Positions 49,679 through 58,816 of a DNA stretch of 64,000 nt are shown in pieces (the first letter of the stretch is position 1; each line of letters begins with the position of its first letter). The position numbers and the translations under genes are program-made. Where the stretch lies: assembly GCA_045617745.1 (NCBI GenBank), contig JAZLJG010000186.1, positions 3,445 to 67,444 on the forward strand, read 5' to 3'. Under the pieces are notes generated by a model. That model did no database searches. It was not told the origin of the DNA and saw only the letters and a list, made by a program, of their open reading frames with translations. This stretch comes from Lachnospiraceae bacterium. GTDB lineage: Bacteria; Bacillota; Clostridia; Lachnospirales; Lachnospiraceae.

Positions 49679-50563
49679 TTAAACCTTTTCCATTATTTTT
49701 TTCCCTAAAAGTCCGGTGGGTTTTACGGAAAGAACAATTATCAATACAGAGAAAACGATTGCATCTGAAAGCTGTGTGGATATATAGCCTTTGGCAAGGT
49801 TTTCAATAACTCCCAGCAGTATGCCGCCTATTAACGCGCCGGGAATGGAGCCGATTCCGCCAAATACCGCTGCTACGAAAGCTTTGATACCGGGCATTGA
49901 ACCTGTATAAGCACTTAAAGAAGGATAAGCAGAGCACAGAAGGACACCGGCTATTGCAGCGAGTCCCGAACCGATTGCGAAGGTTAATGCGATGGTTCCG
50001 TTAACGTTTATACCCATTAACTGTGCAGCACCTTTGTCTTCGGAGACTGCAAGCATTGCCTGGCCGGCCTTTGTCTTATTAACAAAAAGAGTAAGCGCCA
50101 CCATAATGATTATACAAAGAACGATGGTGACAATGGTTTCACCGGAAATGATAATCTGATTGTTGAACAGGTGGATTGGGTTAATGGTAATGACTGATTT
50201 GAATACCTTGGGACTTGCACCGAAAATCAAAAGGGCAAGGTTTTGTAAAAGGTAACTCACACCGATTGCGGTAATAAGTACGGCAAGAGGTGAACCTGCA
50301 TTTCTTAATGGTTTGTAGGCAACTCTTTCTATTGTAATACCCAAAAGAGTGCATACCACGATAGAAACGAGTACGGAAAGCAAGGGATTAAGGCCTAAAG
50401 TCTGTGTGAAAATAAAGACTACATAGGCGCCCACCATGATAACATCTCCATGGGCAAAGTTTAACATTTTTGCAATGCCGTAAACCATTGTATAGCCTAA
50501 GGCAATGATGGCGTATACGCTGCCTAAGCTTATACCGTTAATAAGGTTTGATAAAAAACTCAT
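49679..50563 (-). CDS. livH: Branched-chain amino acid ABC permease
   Basis: GSVYA.IALGYTMVYG...NFAHG, KAFVAAVFGGIGS, PTGLLG. Confidence 0.95.
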   Translation of the reverse strand: MSFLSNLINGISLGSVYAIIALGYTMVYGIAKMLNFAHGDVIMVGAYVVFIFTQTLGLNPLLSVLVSIVVCTLLGITIERVAYKPLRNAGSPLAVLITAIGVSYLLQNLALLIFGASPKVFKSVITINPIHLFNNQIIISGETIVTIVLCIIIMVALTLFVNKTKAGQAMLAVSEDKGAAQLMGINVNGTIALTFAIGSGLAAIAGVLLCSAYPSLSAYTGSMPGIKAFVAAVFGGIGSIPGALIGGILLGVIENLAKGYISTQLSDAIVFSVLIIVLSVKPTGLLGKKIMEKV

Positions 50564-50641
50564 AACTGATTCCTTCTAAAATATATGATAAACAAGTGAC
50601 AACCAAAACATTATAGCATAAGGAGTTGCCAAGTAAAAGCG

Positions 50642-50672
50642 AAAAAGGGAAGCTCTGATAAAGAGCTTCCCT
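50642..50672 (-). terminator. Stem-loop/terminator after livK
   Basis: AGGGAAGCTCT/AGAGCTTCCCT with T-run on minus strand. Confidence 0.7.
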
Positions 50673-50689
50673 CATAGTTTGTAGATTTG

Positions 50690-51844
50690 TTACTTAAGGA
50701 TTTCGTAAGCACCATTCTTGATTTCAACTACGATAGGAGCCTTGTTAGGTTCGCCATCTGCAGCCCAGGTAATATCTGAACCGGTGATACCTGTGAAGGT
50801 AATCTCTGTCATGGCTTTCTTTAATGCTTCACAGATTTCCTGGTTGGAGCTTGCGGGAGTAATGTTTGCCTTTTCACAAGCAGCCTTGATGATGAACATT
50901 GCATCGTAAGCATCTGCTGCAAACTGGTTAGGTGTTTCAGAATATTTTTCGTTGTATTTCTTTACAAAAGCTGCGGTCTTTTCATCGGTTGATGTTGCTG
51001 AGAAAGGTGTTAAAAGAAGAACGCCTTCTGCAAGTGAGTTATCAAAACCGTCAAGGCCTAAGATTCCGTCAAGACCATCACAGCCAAAGAAGTTAACATT
51101 CATACCCTTCTGGGAAGCCTGGGTAAGAATTAATGAAGCTTCCTGGTAATAAATAGGAAGGAATACAAGGTCAGCGGATGCATCTGCAGCAGCCTGTAAC
51201 TGTGTGGTGAAGTCTGTTGCTGTGTCAGCTGTAAAAGCTTCGCATGCTACTACTTCAAAAGGCTGGTTAGCACTTTCTGCTACAAAGTTGTCCTTAATAC
51301 CTGATGAGTAAGAATCCGAACTGTTGTAAATAACGGCAACCTTTGTAGCGAGGTTGTTTTCACCAATGTATTTTGCTGATGCGGTACCCTGGTTAGGATC
51401 GGAGAAGCATACACGGAATGCATTGTCATAAGCGATAGCTTCTGTTGCTGTACCTGAGGGTGTTAACTGGAAAATGTTGTCGTTGTGTGTTTTATCTACA
51501 ACTGCGATACAAGGTGTGGAAGTAACGGTACCCATAAGGATCTGCATGTTCCAGTCAAGTAATGTGTTGTATGCATTAACTGCTTTTTCAGCATCGTGTT
51601 CATCGTCTGCAAAGTTGAATTCAACCTGGTAACCGTTGATTCCGCCTGCGGCGTTGATTTCTTCAACAGCAATCTGTGCACCGTTCATAACGGCCTGGCC
51701 GTATACTGCAGCACCGCCTGTGATGGGGCCGATACCGCCTACTTTAAATGTATCGGAAGAACCTGCGCTTCCGCATCCTGCCAAAGTGCTTACTGCCAAT
51801 GCTGCAGAAAGAACAACTGAGGCAACTTTTGATAACTTTTTCAT
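50690..51844 (-). CDS. livK: Branched-chain amino acid ABC substrate-binding lipoprotein
   Basis: Lipobox LAGC, GPITG, INAAGGING, FRVCFSD..QG, AYDA. Confidence 0.92.
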   Translation of the reverse strand: MKKLSKVASVVLSAALAVSTLAGCGSAGSSDTFKVGGIGPITGGAAVYGQAVMNGAQIAVEEINAAGGINGYQVEFNFADDEHDAEKAVNAYNTLLDWNMQILMGTVTSTPCIAVVDKTHNDNIFQLTPSGTATEAIAYDNAFRVCFSDPNQGTASAKYIGENNLATKVAVIYNSSDSYSSGIKDNFVAESANQPFEVVACEAFTADTATDFTTQLQAAADASADLVFLPIYYQEASLILTQASQKGMNVNFFGCDGLDGILGLDGFDNSLAEGVLLLTPFSATSTDEKTAAFVKKYNEKYSETPNQFAADAYDAMFIIKAACEKANITPASSNQEICEALKKAMTEITFTGITGSDITWAADGEPNKAPIVVEIKNGAYEILK

Positions 51845-51859
51845 CTCTTAATCCTCCTA

Positions 51860-51929
51860 AACTTTATCGTTTCAAAGTGTTAAATCGTTTATAGTCACAG
51901 ATATTAATACATAAAAAATACTTTGTCAA
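51860..51929 (-). promoter_or_regulatory. livK promoter with downstream operator-like box
   Basis: TTGACA (51929-51924)-17bp-TAATAT (51906-51901); box AACTTTA-N6-CAAAGTG at 51860-51879. Confidence 0.55.
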
Positions 51930-52054
51930 GGTAAAGTTTTACATTATGACAGTTTTTTTCTTTAACGCATGAAACTGCCCGCTTGATTGTCTTGAAAAAA
52001 TATACATATGTATATATAATATATAGAAAGAAAAAAGAAGAGGTTCGCAATTTT

Positions 52055-53191
52055 ATGAGACAAAACCAATTAAAATGGCGTGATCTCGGTTTATCGAGGG
52101 AAACCATCTCGTCCTTTAAGGACAGGGTAGCGGCTGATAATCTTTCTATTCTTTTACTGGAGAGTCCGGTTCTGGCGCTCCTTTGTTTCTTTGTGTCTTT
52201 TGCAATGATGATTTGCGGATATCCCATTTGGAGACATATTATTCTTCTGATTAACAGTTTTGTGGACGTTATAATCTTTTTCGTGGCCAGGGAGATTAAG
52301 AAAAACGGTGCGAAAAATCTGTCCAAGGCTGTGGATAGTCTGATAGGTATTTTCGAAATTGCCCTTTACGGTATGTCAATATATATAGGAATATACGGTA
52401 CGCATAATTATGCAGCATTGTTTGTGGGTTCCATAGTAATCTGCCTTGTTTCTTTTGACAGAATCCCGGAGATGACAATGGCAGAGACATATATTCCTGT
52501 TATTATTTATCTGTTCTTAGGGTTTAAGGCAAAGCCTATAGATATTTTTATATTTGATGCCACAAATGTTTGTTGCGCTTCGATTTTAGGAATGATAGTT
52601 TCCTGGAAAAAGGCCAGAGTTAAATATGAATATAAGGAAGCGGTTGAAATAATCGAGAAAAACAATTCCTTATTATATAAGAACAGTCTTACGGATCCTC
52701 TGACAGGATTATTAAACAGAAGAGTGGCATTTGACAGGCTGGAGGTTTTATCCGCCCAGTCCAGTGTTGCGGGCAAACCTATTGTCTGCATGATAATGGA
52801 TATAGACCGTTTCAAGGTTTACAACGATACATACGGTCATCCTGCGGGAGACAAGCTTCTTTCGGACCTGGGGAAATTTCTTTTGACGGTCCAAAGAAAA
52901 TACAACATTACCGTAGCAAGAATCGGCGGTGAAGAGTTTATGGCATTCTTTGTTCCGGATAAGGATATTACGTCGGAAAATCTTGCTAATGAGATACTTG
53001 AAGGAGTCCGTGAACTGGAGCATGCAGAGAAGGGAAAGCACGCCACGGTGAGTATCGGTATTTACGAAAATATAGCTCAGAACAATGATAACGGAAGCCG
53101 GGTTTATTCAAAGGCTGACAGGGCAGTTTATACGGCCAAGAAAAACGGCCGTGACAGGGTGGAGTATTACGACAACACCATAGAGAAGTAG
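52055..53191 (+). CDS. Membrane-bound diguanylate cyclase
   Basis: About 6 TMs; DPLTGLLNRR, DIDRFK.YNDTYGH..GD, RIGGEEF, SIG, AKKNGR. Confidence 0.9.
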   Translation: MRQNQLKWRDLGLSRETISSFKDRVAADNLSILLLESPVLALLCFFVSFAMMICGYPIWRHIILLINSFVDVIIFFVAREIKKNGAKNLSKAVDSLIGIFEIALYGMSIYIGIYGTHNYAALFVGSIVICLVSFDRIPEMTMAETYIPVIIYLFLGFKAKPIDIFIFDATNVCCASILGMIVSWKKARVKYEYKEAVEIIEKNNSLLYKNSLTDPLTGLLNRRVAFDRLEVLSAQSSVAGKPIVCMIMDIDRFKVYNDTYGHPAGDKLLSDLGKFLLTVQRKYNITVARIGGEEFMAFFVPDKDITSENLANEILEGVRELEHAEKGKHATVSIGIYENIAQNNDNGSRVYSKADRAVYTAKKNGRDRVEYYDNTIEK

Positions 53192-53212
53192 GTTTCAGGG
53201 ATTAGGATATTT

Positions 53213-53881
53213 ATGTTTAGATTACATGCATTTTTTGCTACGGCGTTATTTTTGGTGGATTTGGTTTTGCTGGTTCCAAAGTATACGAAGAGTAAGTATG
53301 ACCATACACCCAGAAAGAAAAGACTGGTCTGGAAGGGATTATGTATAGGTATACCTTTTTTTGTACTGGTTTTGTATTCGGCTTTCAGAGCGGCAGTGGG
53401 AGAGGCTACGGTTGTTAACTGGCTTTTGATTGCTGCCATGTTCTTTTGCGGGGCAGGAGATATTATCCTTGAGATACGATTTATCAAAGGCGGATTTCTC
53501 TTTTTTACGGGACATATATTATATGTAATAACCCTTTTGTTTTTGCAGGACGGGATTTCTGTTATTGCAATAGTAGTCTACGTAATTCTGACGGTTTTGG
53601 GAACTTACCTTACATGTACAAAGCTTTCCGAAAAGTACAGGTTTTTGCTGATAGGTTATAATTTCGCCATAAGCGGTTCTTTTGCTTTGTCGATTCCGCT
53701 TATACTTACCGGTAATCCAGCTTTTGTTCTTGTGGGAACCGGGGCATGTTGTCTGGCAGTTTCGGACTGGATTCTTGCACGTAACAGAACCTATGGAAGT
53801 ACTTACGGCTGGTATTTAACATCCCTCCTTCTTTATTTCGGAGGTCAGGTACTGATTTCTACATATCCTTTCCTGCAGTAG
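53213..53881 (+). CDS. YhhN/lysoplasmalogenase-family membrane protein
   Basis: GDIIL, G...F..GH..Y, SD..LA, Y..GQ; 7-8 TMs. Confidence 0.8.
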   Translation: MFRLHAFFATALFLVDLVLLVPKYTKSKYDHTPRKKRLVWKGLCIGIPFFVLVLYSAFRAAVGEATVVNWLLIAAMFFCGAGDIILEIRFIKGGFLFFTGHILYVITLLFLQDGISVIAIVVYVILTVLGTYLTCTKLSEKYRFLLIGYNFAISGSFALSIPLILTGNPAFVLVGTGACCLAVSDWILARNRTYGSTYGWYLTSLLLYFGGQVLISTYPFLQ

Positions 53882-53909
53882 CGGGGAAGGATTTTTCCTT
53901 TATAAAGGC

Positions 53910-53968
53910 TTGACGAAGCAGTATTACAATGCTAAAATAACAAATCAATGGTTTAAATCGCTAAAGTG
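53910..53968 (+). promoter_or_regulatory. iorA promoter with downstream operator-like box
   Basis: TTGACG-17bp-TAAAAT (TG extended); TGGTTTA-N6-TAAAGTG at 53949-53968. Confidence 0.6.
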
Positions 53969-53992
53969 TTTTTCCGAAAGGATGGATTTAAA

Positions 53993-55726
53993 GTGGAAAA
54001 GAAAATTATGCTTGGAAATGCCGCAATCGCCCGCGGTGCATACGAAGCAGGCGTAAAGGTTTCAGCTGCTTACCCCGGTACACCCAGTACCGAAATCAGT
54101 GAAAACCTTGTTAATTATCCGGAAATCTACTGTGAGTGGAGTCCCAACGAAAAGGTTGCCTGTGAAGTGGCAATCGGAGCTTCCATGTCAGGTGTGCGTT
54201 CCATGTGCTCCATGAAGCATGTAGGACTTAACGTGGCAAGTGACCCGCTCTATTCAGTTTCTTATATTGGTGTTAACGGAGGTATGGTTCTTGTAGTGGC
54301 TGACGATCCCGGCCTTTATTCTTCCCAGAACGAACAGGATACAAGAATGATCGGCAGAGCTTCAATGGTTCCCGTTATTGAGCCTTCGGATTCACAGGAA
54401 GCAAAGGATTTTATTAAGATTGCCTTTGACCTTTCCGAAAAGTACGATACACCCGTAATTATGCGTACCACCACAAGACTTGGACACTCCCAGGGGCTTG
54501 TAACCTTGGAAGACAGAGTTGAGCCTGTAGACAAGCCTTATGAGAGAAATATAGCTAAAAACGTTATGATGCCCGGCATGGCAAAACAGCGCCATGTATT
54601 TGTAGAAAAACGTTTAAAGGAAATGGCCGAAGACGGAAAGCTTATGGCTATTAACCGCGTTGAAATGGGAGATACCAAAATAGGTTTCATTACAAGCGGT
54701 ATTGCATATCAGTATGTTAAGGAAGTATGCCCCAACGCTTCGGTTCTTAAACTGGGACTTCTTAATCCCTTACCCAAGTCACTTATTAAGGAATTTGCGG
54801 CTAAGGTTGATAAGTTATACATTTTCGAGGAGCTTGAGCCTGTTATAGAGGAACAGGTTAAGGCTATGGGAATCGAATGTATCGGTAAGGAAGTATTTAC
54901 CGTTCAGGGTGAGTATTCCGCAAACATGTTAAGAAAGGTTCTTTTTAACGAGGAGCCTTCCGTTAAGCCTGCGGATGTTCCTGCAAGACCTCCGATTCTC
55001 TGCCCCGGATGTCCTCACAGAAGCGTATATACCGCTTTGAAGAATTTGAAAATTCACGCAGCGGGAGATATCGGTTGCTATACTCTCGGAGCCATTGCTC
55101 CTTTAAATGTTGTTGATACAGCAGTTTGCATGGGTTCTTCCATCTCTACTCTTCACGGAATGGAGAAGGCTAAGGGCAAAGAATACGTTAAGAACTGGGT
55201 TGCGGTTATCGGTGATTCCACATTCTTACATACCGGTGTTAATTCACTTATGAACATGGTGTATAATAAGGCTACCGGTACAGTAATGATTCTTGATAAC
55301 TCCACAACAGGTATGACAGGTCATCAGGATCACGCTGCAACAGGAAAGACACTTATGGGCGAGCCCACATACGCTATTGATATTTATAATCTTTGCAAGG
55401 CTATGGGTATTGAAAATGTTGTGGAGGTTTCTTCTTTTGACCAGGCTGAACTTACAAGAGTCATTAAGGAAGAGACGGCAAGGGATGCTGTTTCGGTTAT
55501 TATCTGTAAAGCACCCTGTGCACTTTTGAAGGGACAAAAGTTCCCTAACGTGTGCAAGCCTTTACCCGAAAAGTGCAAAAAGTGCGGAGCCTGCTTAAAG
55601 CCCGGATGTCCCGCACTTACCAAAAACGAAGACGGAACAATTTCTATAGATACTACAATGTGCAACGGTTGCGGACTTTGCAAACAGATGTGTAAGTTCG
55701 ACGCAATCCGGTGCGTGGAAAGGTAG
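53993..55726 (+). CDS. iorA: Indolepyruvate:ferredoxin oxidoreductase alpha subunit
   Basis: YPGTPSTE, NEKVA, MKHVGLN, RPP.LCPGCPH, GDIGCY, IGDSTF.H.G, C-terminal 2x[4Fe-4S]; GTG start 53993 after AAAGGA. Confidence 0.93.
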   Translation: MEKKIMLGNAAIARGAYEAGVKVSAAYPGTPSTEISENLVNYPEIYCEWSPNEKVACEVAIGASMSGVRSMCSMKHVGLNVASDPLYSVSYIGVNGGMVLVVADDPGLYSSQNEQDTRMIGRASMVPVIEPSDSQEAKDFIKIAFDLSEKYDTPVIMRTTTRLGHSQGLVTLEDRVEPVDKPYERNIAKNVMMPGMAKQRHVFVEKRLKEMAEDGKLMAINRVEMGDTKIGFITSGIAYQYVKEVCPNASVLKLGLLNPLPKSLIKEFAAKVDKLYIFEELEPVIEEQVKAMGIECIGKEVFTVQGEYSANMLRKVLFNEEPSVKPADVPARPPILCPGCPHRSVYTALKNLKIHAAGDIGCYTLGAIAPLNVVDTAVCMGSSISTLHGMEKAKGKEYVKNWVAVIGDSTFLHTGVNSLMNMVYNKATGTVMILDNSTTGMTGHQDHAATGKTLMGEPTYAIDIYNLCKAMGIENVVEVSSFDQAELTRVIKEETARDAVSVIICKAPCALLKGQKFPNVCKPLPEKCKKCGACLKPGCPALTKNEDGTISIDTTMCNGCGLCKQMCKFDAIRCVER

Positions 55727-55734
55727 GCCGCAAT

Positions 55735-56304
55735 ATGGAAACTAAGAATATTATGATAGTAGGTGTAGGCGGTCAGGGAACACTTTTAACAAGCAGAATT
55801 TTAGGCGGAATAATGCTTGGCGCAGGCTATGACGTAAAGCTTTCGGAGGTTCACGGAATGGCACAGCGAGGCGGTTCTGTAGTAACATTCGTAAGATATG
55901 GTGAGAAGGTTTCGGAGCCTATTGTGGAAGAAGGCCAGGCAGATGTTCTGATTGCTTTCGAAAGGCTTGAAGCCCTTCGCTATAAGCAGTTTCTGAAAAA
56001 GGACGGCGTTCTTATAGTAAACGACCAGAGAATCGACCCCATGCCCGTAGTTACAGGTGCAGCACAGTACCCTTCGGACATTATTGAAAATCTTTCAAAG
56101 GAATATAAGGTTTATTCCATTGATGCCCAGTCGGAAGCTTTGAAGATGGGTAATTCAAAGGTATTCAATATTATTGTTCTTGGGCTTGCAGCTAAGCACA
56201 TGGATTTTTCAAAGGAGCAGTGGCTTAAGGTTATTGAAGAGACTGTTCCCGCAAAGACTATTGATATCAATAAAGCAGCTTTCATTAAAGGATTCGAGTT
56301 TTAG
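55735..56304 (+). CDS. iorB: Indolepyruvate oxidoreductase beta subunit
   Basis: GVGGQG, SEVHGMAQRGGSV, E.LEALR. Confidence 0.93.
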   Translation: METKNIMIVGVGGQGTLLTSRILGGIMLGAGYDVKLSEVHGMAQRGGSVVTFVRYGEKVSEPIVEEGQADVLIAFERLEALRYKQFLKKDGVLIVNDQRIDPMPVVTGAAQYPSDIIENLSKEYKVYSIDAQSEALKMGNSKVFNIIVLGLAAKHMDFSKEQWLKVIEETVPAKTIDINKAAFIKGFEF

Positions 56305-56306
56305 GT

Positions 56307-56337
56307 CCCAAGCAGGGACCGGGACTCCTTGCTTGGG
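56307..56337 (+). other. Intergenic stem-loop without U-tract (possible mRNA stabiliser)
   Basis: CCCAAGCAGGGA/TCCTTGCTTGGG. Confidence 0.5.
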
Positions 56338-56388
56338 GTTATAGTTCGTAAATCCTGACGAATAATAACAGAAAGCGAGAATAAAAAA

Positions 56389-57690
56389 ATGTCAATTTGG
56401 AATGAAGCAAAAGAATGCATGAGCAGGGACCAGTTAAGCGTCCTGCAGGGTGAAAGACTTAAGAAACAGGTTAAATACGTTTATCATAACGTGGAATATT
56501 ATCGTAAGAAAATGCAGGCAGTGGGAGTGGAGCCCGGTGATATTAACGGACTTGAGGATATTACCAAGCTTCCCTATACCACAAAGGATGATTTAAGGGA
56601 TACTTATCCCTTCGGTCTGTTCGCAGCACCCCAGTCGGAAATCGTCCGTGTACACGCTTCCAGCGGTACCACAGGAAAGGCAACCGTTGTAGGTTACACA
56701 AGACGTGATATCGAAATCTGGTCTGAGTGCGTTTCACGTGCCCTTACCCAGTGCGGTATCGGAAAAACCGATATTGTCCAGGTAGCTTACGGTTACGGCC
56801 TGTTCACAGGTGGTCTTGGTGCCCACTACGGTGTTGAAAACACAGGTGCGACAGTAGTACCCATGTCCACCGGAAATACCAAAAAGCTTATTACTATGAT
56901 GAAGGATTTCGGAGTTACCGGTATCATGTGTACTCCTTCGTACCTTCTTCATATTGCTGAAACCCTTGAGGAAACAGGGGAAATCAATAATATTAAGTTG
57001 AGAACGGCAGTCTGCGGAGCAGAGCCCTGGACAGAAAACATGAGACGCCAGATAGAAGAGAAGCTTCATGTTAACTGTCACGATATTTACGGACTTTCCG
57101 AAATAATGGGACCCGGTGTGGCATGTGACTGTATTTACCATAAAGGACTTCATGTTCAGGAGGACCATTTCTTACCTGAAATCGTGTCTGCCAAGACTTT
57201 ACAGCCTGTAGAGGACGGAGAACTGGGTGAGCTTGTGTTCACCACCCTTACAAAGGAAGGAATTCCCCTTATTAGATACAGGACAAAGGATTTAACATCC
57301 ATAGACAGAACTCCCTGCGAGTGCGGACGTACCACCGCAAGAATCGCCAGATTCAAAGGACGTTCAGACGATATGATGGTTCTTAGGGGAGTAAACGTAT
57401 TCCCTTCACAGATAGAGGCTGCGCTTCTTGAAATGGACGGAATATTACCTCACTACATGATTATTGTAGACAGAGTGAATAATCTTGATACCATCGAAGT
57501 TCAGGTGGAGGTCGAGGAAAGATTCTTCTCCGATGAGATCAAAGAACTTGAAAAGCTCACCAAAAAGATTGAAAATGTTATTAAGACAGCAATCGGTCTT
57601 GCGGTAAAGGTTAAGCTTGTAGAGCCTAAAACACTTGAACGTGTTGACGGAAAGAGTGTTCACGTTATTGATAAGCGTGTGTTCGATTAA
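56389..57690 (+). CDS. paaK: Phenylacetate-CoA ligase
   Basis: YPFGLFA, HASSGTTGK, YGYGLFTGGLG, GAEPW, YGLSE, RYRT.D, GRSDDM..LRGVNVFP. Confidence 0.93.
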   Translation: MSIWNEAKECMSRDQLSVLQGERLKKQVKYVYHNVEYYRKKMQAVGVEPGDINGLEDITKLPYTTKDDLRDTYPFGLFAAPQSEIVRVHASSGTTGKATVVGYTRRDIEIWSECVSRALTQCGIGKTDIVQVAYGYGLFTGGLGAHYGVENTGATVVPMSTGNTKKLITMMKDFGVTGIMCTPSYLLHIAETLEETGEINNIKLRTAVCGAEPWTENMRRQIEEKLHVNCHDIYGLSEIMGPGVACDCIYHKGLHVQEDHFLPEIVSAKTLQPVEDGELGELVFTTLTKEGIPLIRYRTKDLTSIDRTPCECGRTTARIARFKGRSDDMMVLRGVNVFPSQIEAALLEMDGILPHYMIIVDRVNNLDTIEVQVEVEERFFSDEIKELEKLTKKIENVIKTAIGLAVKVKLVEPKTLERVDGKSVHVIDKRVFD

Positions 57691-57705
57691 TTGGGAGGGT
57701 AATAT

Positions 57706-58134
57706 ATGTTTATTAAGCAGGTTTCTGTTTTTCTTGAAAACAGTGCAGGCAGACTTGATTCTGCCCTTACCGTACTTAAGGATAAAAACATAAATATTGT
57801 TTCTTTGAGCCTTGCGGATACAAGTGATTACGGAATGCTTCGTATGATAGTTTCCGATGCGGACACTGCCAAGGCAGTTCTTAAGGAGGCAGGCCTTTCC
57901 GCACATCTTACAGATGTGCTGGCCATTAAGCTTCCCCACACAGTAGGTTCTCTTCAGAAGGTTTTATCGAAGATTGCCGATGCGGGAATCAATATTGAGT
58001 ATATGTATGCGTTGTCCACAAAGGATTCCAATGCCTGTATAGTTATCAAGCCTTCGGACAAGGATTTGTGCGTGAAGGCTTTATCCGATAAGGAGTTTGA
58101 TTTTGTAACACCTGAAGAGGTGGAGAATTTCTAA
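57706..58134 (+). CDS. ACT-domain protein
   Basis: QVSVFLEN..GRL, tandem ACT, INIEYMY. Confidence 0.88.
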   Translation: MFIKQVSVFLENSAGRLDSALTVLKDKNINIVSLSLADTSDYGMLRMIVSDADTAKAVLKEAGLSAHLTDVLAIKLPHTVGSLQKVLSKIADAGINIEYMYALSTKDSNACIVIKPSDKDLCVKALSDKEFDFVTPEEVENF

Positions 58135-58139
58135 AAAAT

Positions 58140-58172
58140 ACCCCGGAAGAACGATTCGTTCTTCCGGGGTTT
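58140..58172. terminator. Bidirectional terminator between convergent genes
   Basis: ACCCCGGAAGAACG/CGTTCTTCCGGGGT 14-bp stem, A-rich left, T-rich right. Confidence 0.85.
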
Positions 58173-58181
58173 GTATTTTGC

Positions 58182-58772
58182 TTAATTTCCCGCAGCAGCT
58201 GCGGCGAACAGGGCTTCGATTTCCTCCTGGGTAAGAATTGCGTCTCCACCGTGGAGATCCTTGTTAACGTTTGCAAGGATTTCGTCCATGTTGACCTCAT
58301 CGGAGGCGGCAGGAGCGGGTGAAGAGGCTTCTTCGGCGGCAGGAGCGGAGCCTTCGGCCGGCGTAGTGCTGTCGGATCCGGAAAATTCCTTTGCAAGGGC
58401 ATCGAAATCGAAGGCGGTGCTGTTGGAAACACTGACGCTGTTGTTGGCAAGAAAATCTTTATATGCGTCTGAGTCCAGATTCTTTCTTTCGCCACCGTCT
58501 GCGGCCCAGAAGGTATGACCTTCTGTGGACTTTTCGGCTTCTCCGGCTTCTTTTTGGGCTTCCTCGGCAAGTTCTTTCATCCACTCGTAATACTCGTACA
58601 CAGTGAGAATACCAAAGCGATACTTCTCCTCATAGCTTAGGTTAAAAAGGTATTTCTTCAGTACGGGTACGTTGGGAAGATGATAGGGTATTTCTATCTT
58701 GCTGTAGGCTTCTTCGTCCAAAACGTACATGCCACGCTTTATGCAGTTATTGGAAGTAAAAAAGGGTGCCAT
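58182..58772 (-). CDS. Hypothetical acidic protein with C-terminal LTQEEIEALF motif
   Basis: 196-aa ORF, low-complexity A/E/S/P linker; start uncertain. Confidence 0.7.
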   Translation of the reverse strand: MAPFFTSNNCIKRGMYVLDEEAYSKIEIPYHLPNVPVLKKYLFNLSYEEKYRFGILTVYEYYEWMKELAEEAQKEAGEAEKSTEGHTFWAADGGERKNLDSDAYKDFLANNSVSVSNSTAFDFDALAKEFSGSDSTTPAEGSAPAAEEASSPAPAASDEVNMDEILANVNKDLHGGDAILTQEEIEALFAAAAAGN

Positions 58773-58816
58773 AGTTTCATTTTATCCAAAGATATTAATG
58801 AAACATTTGCAAAGGC

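Noticed and set aside
58046-58570. 174-aa P/K/R-rich minus-strand ORF
   Set aside because: Alternative frame of the 58182-58772 gene; crosses the terminator and overlaps the ACT gene.
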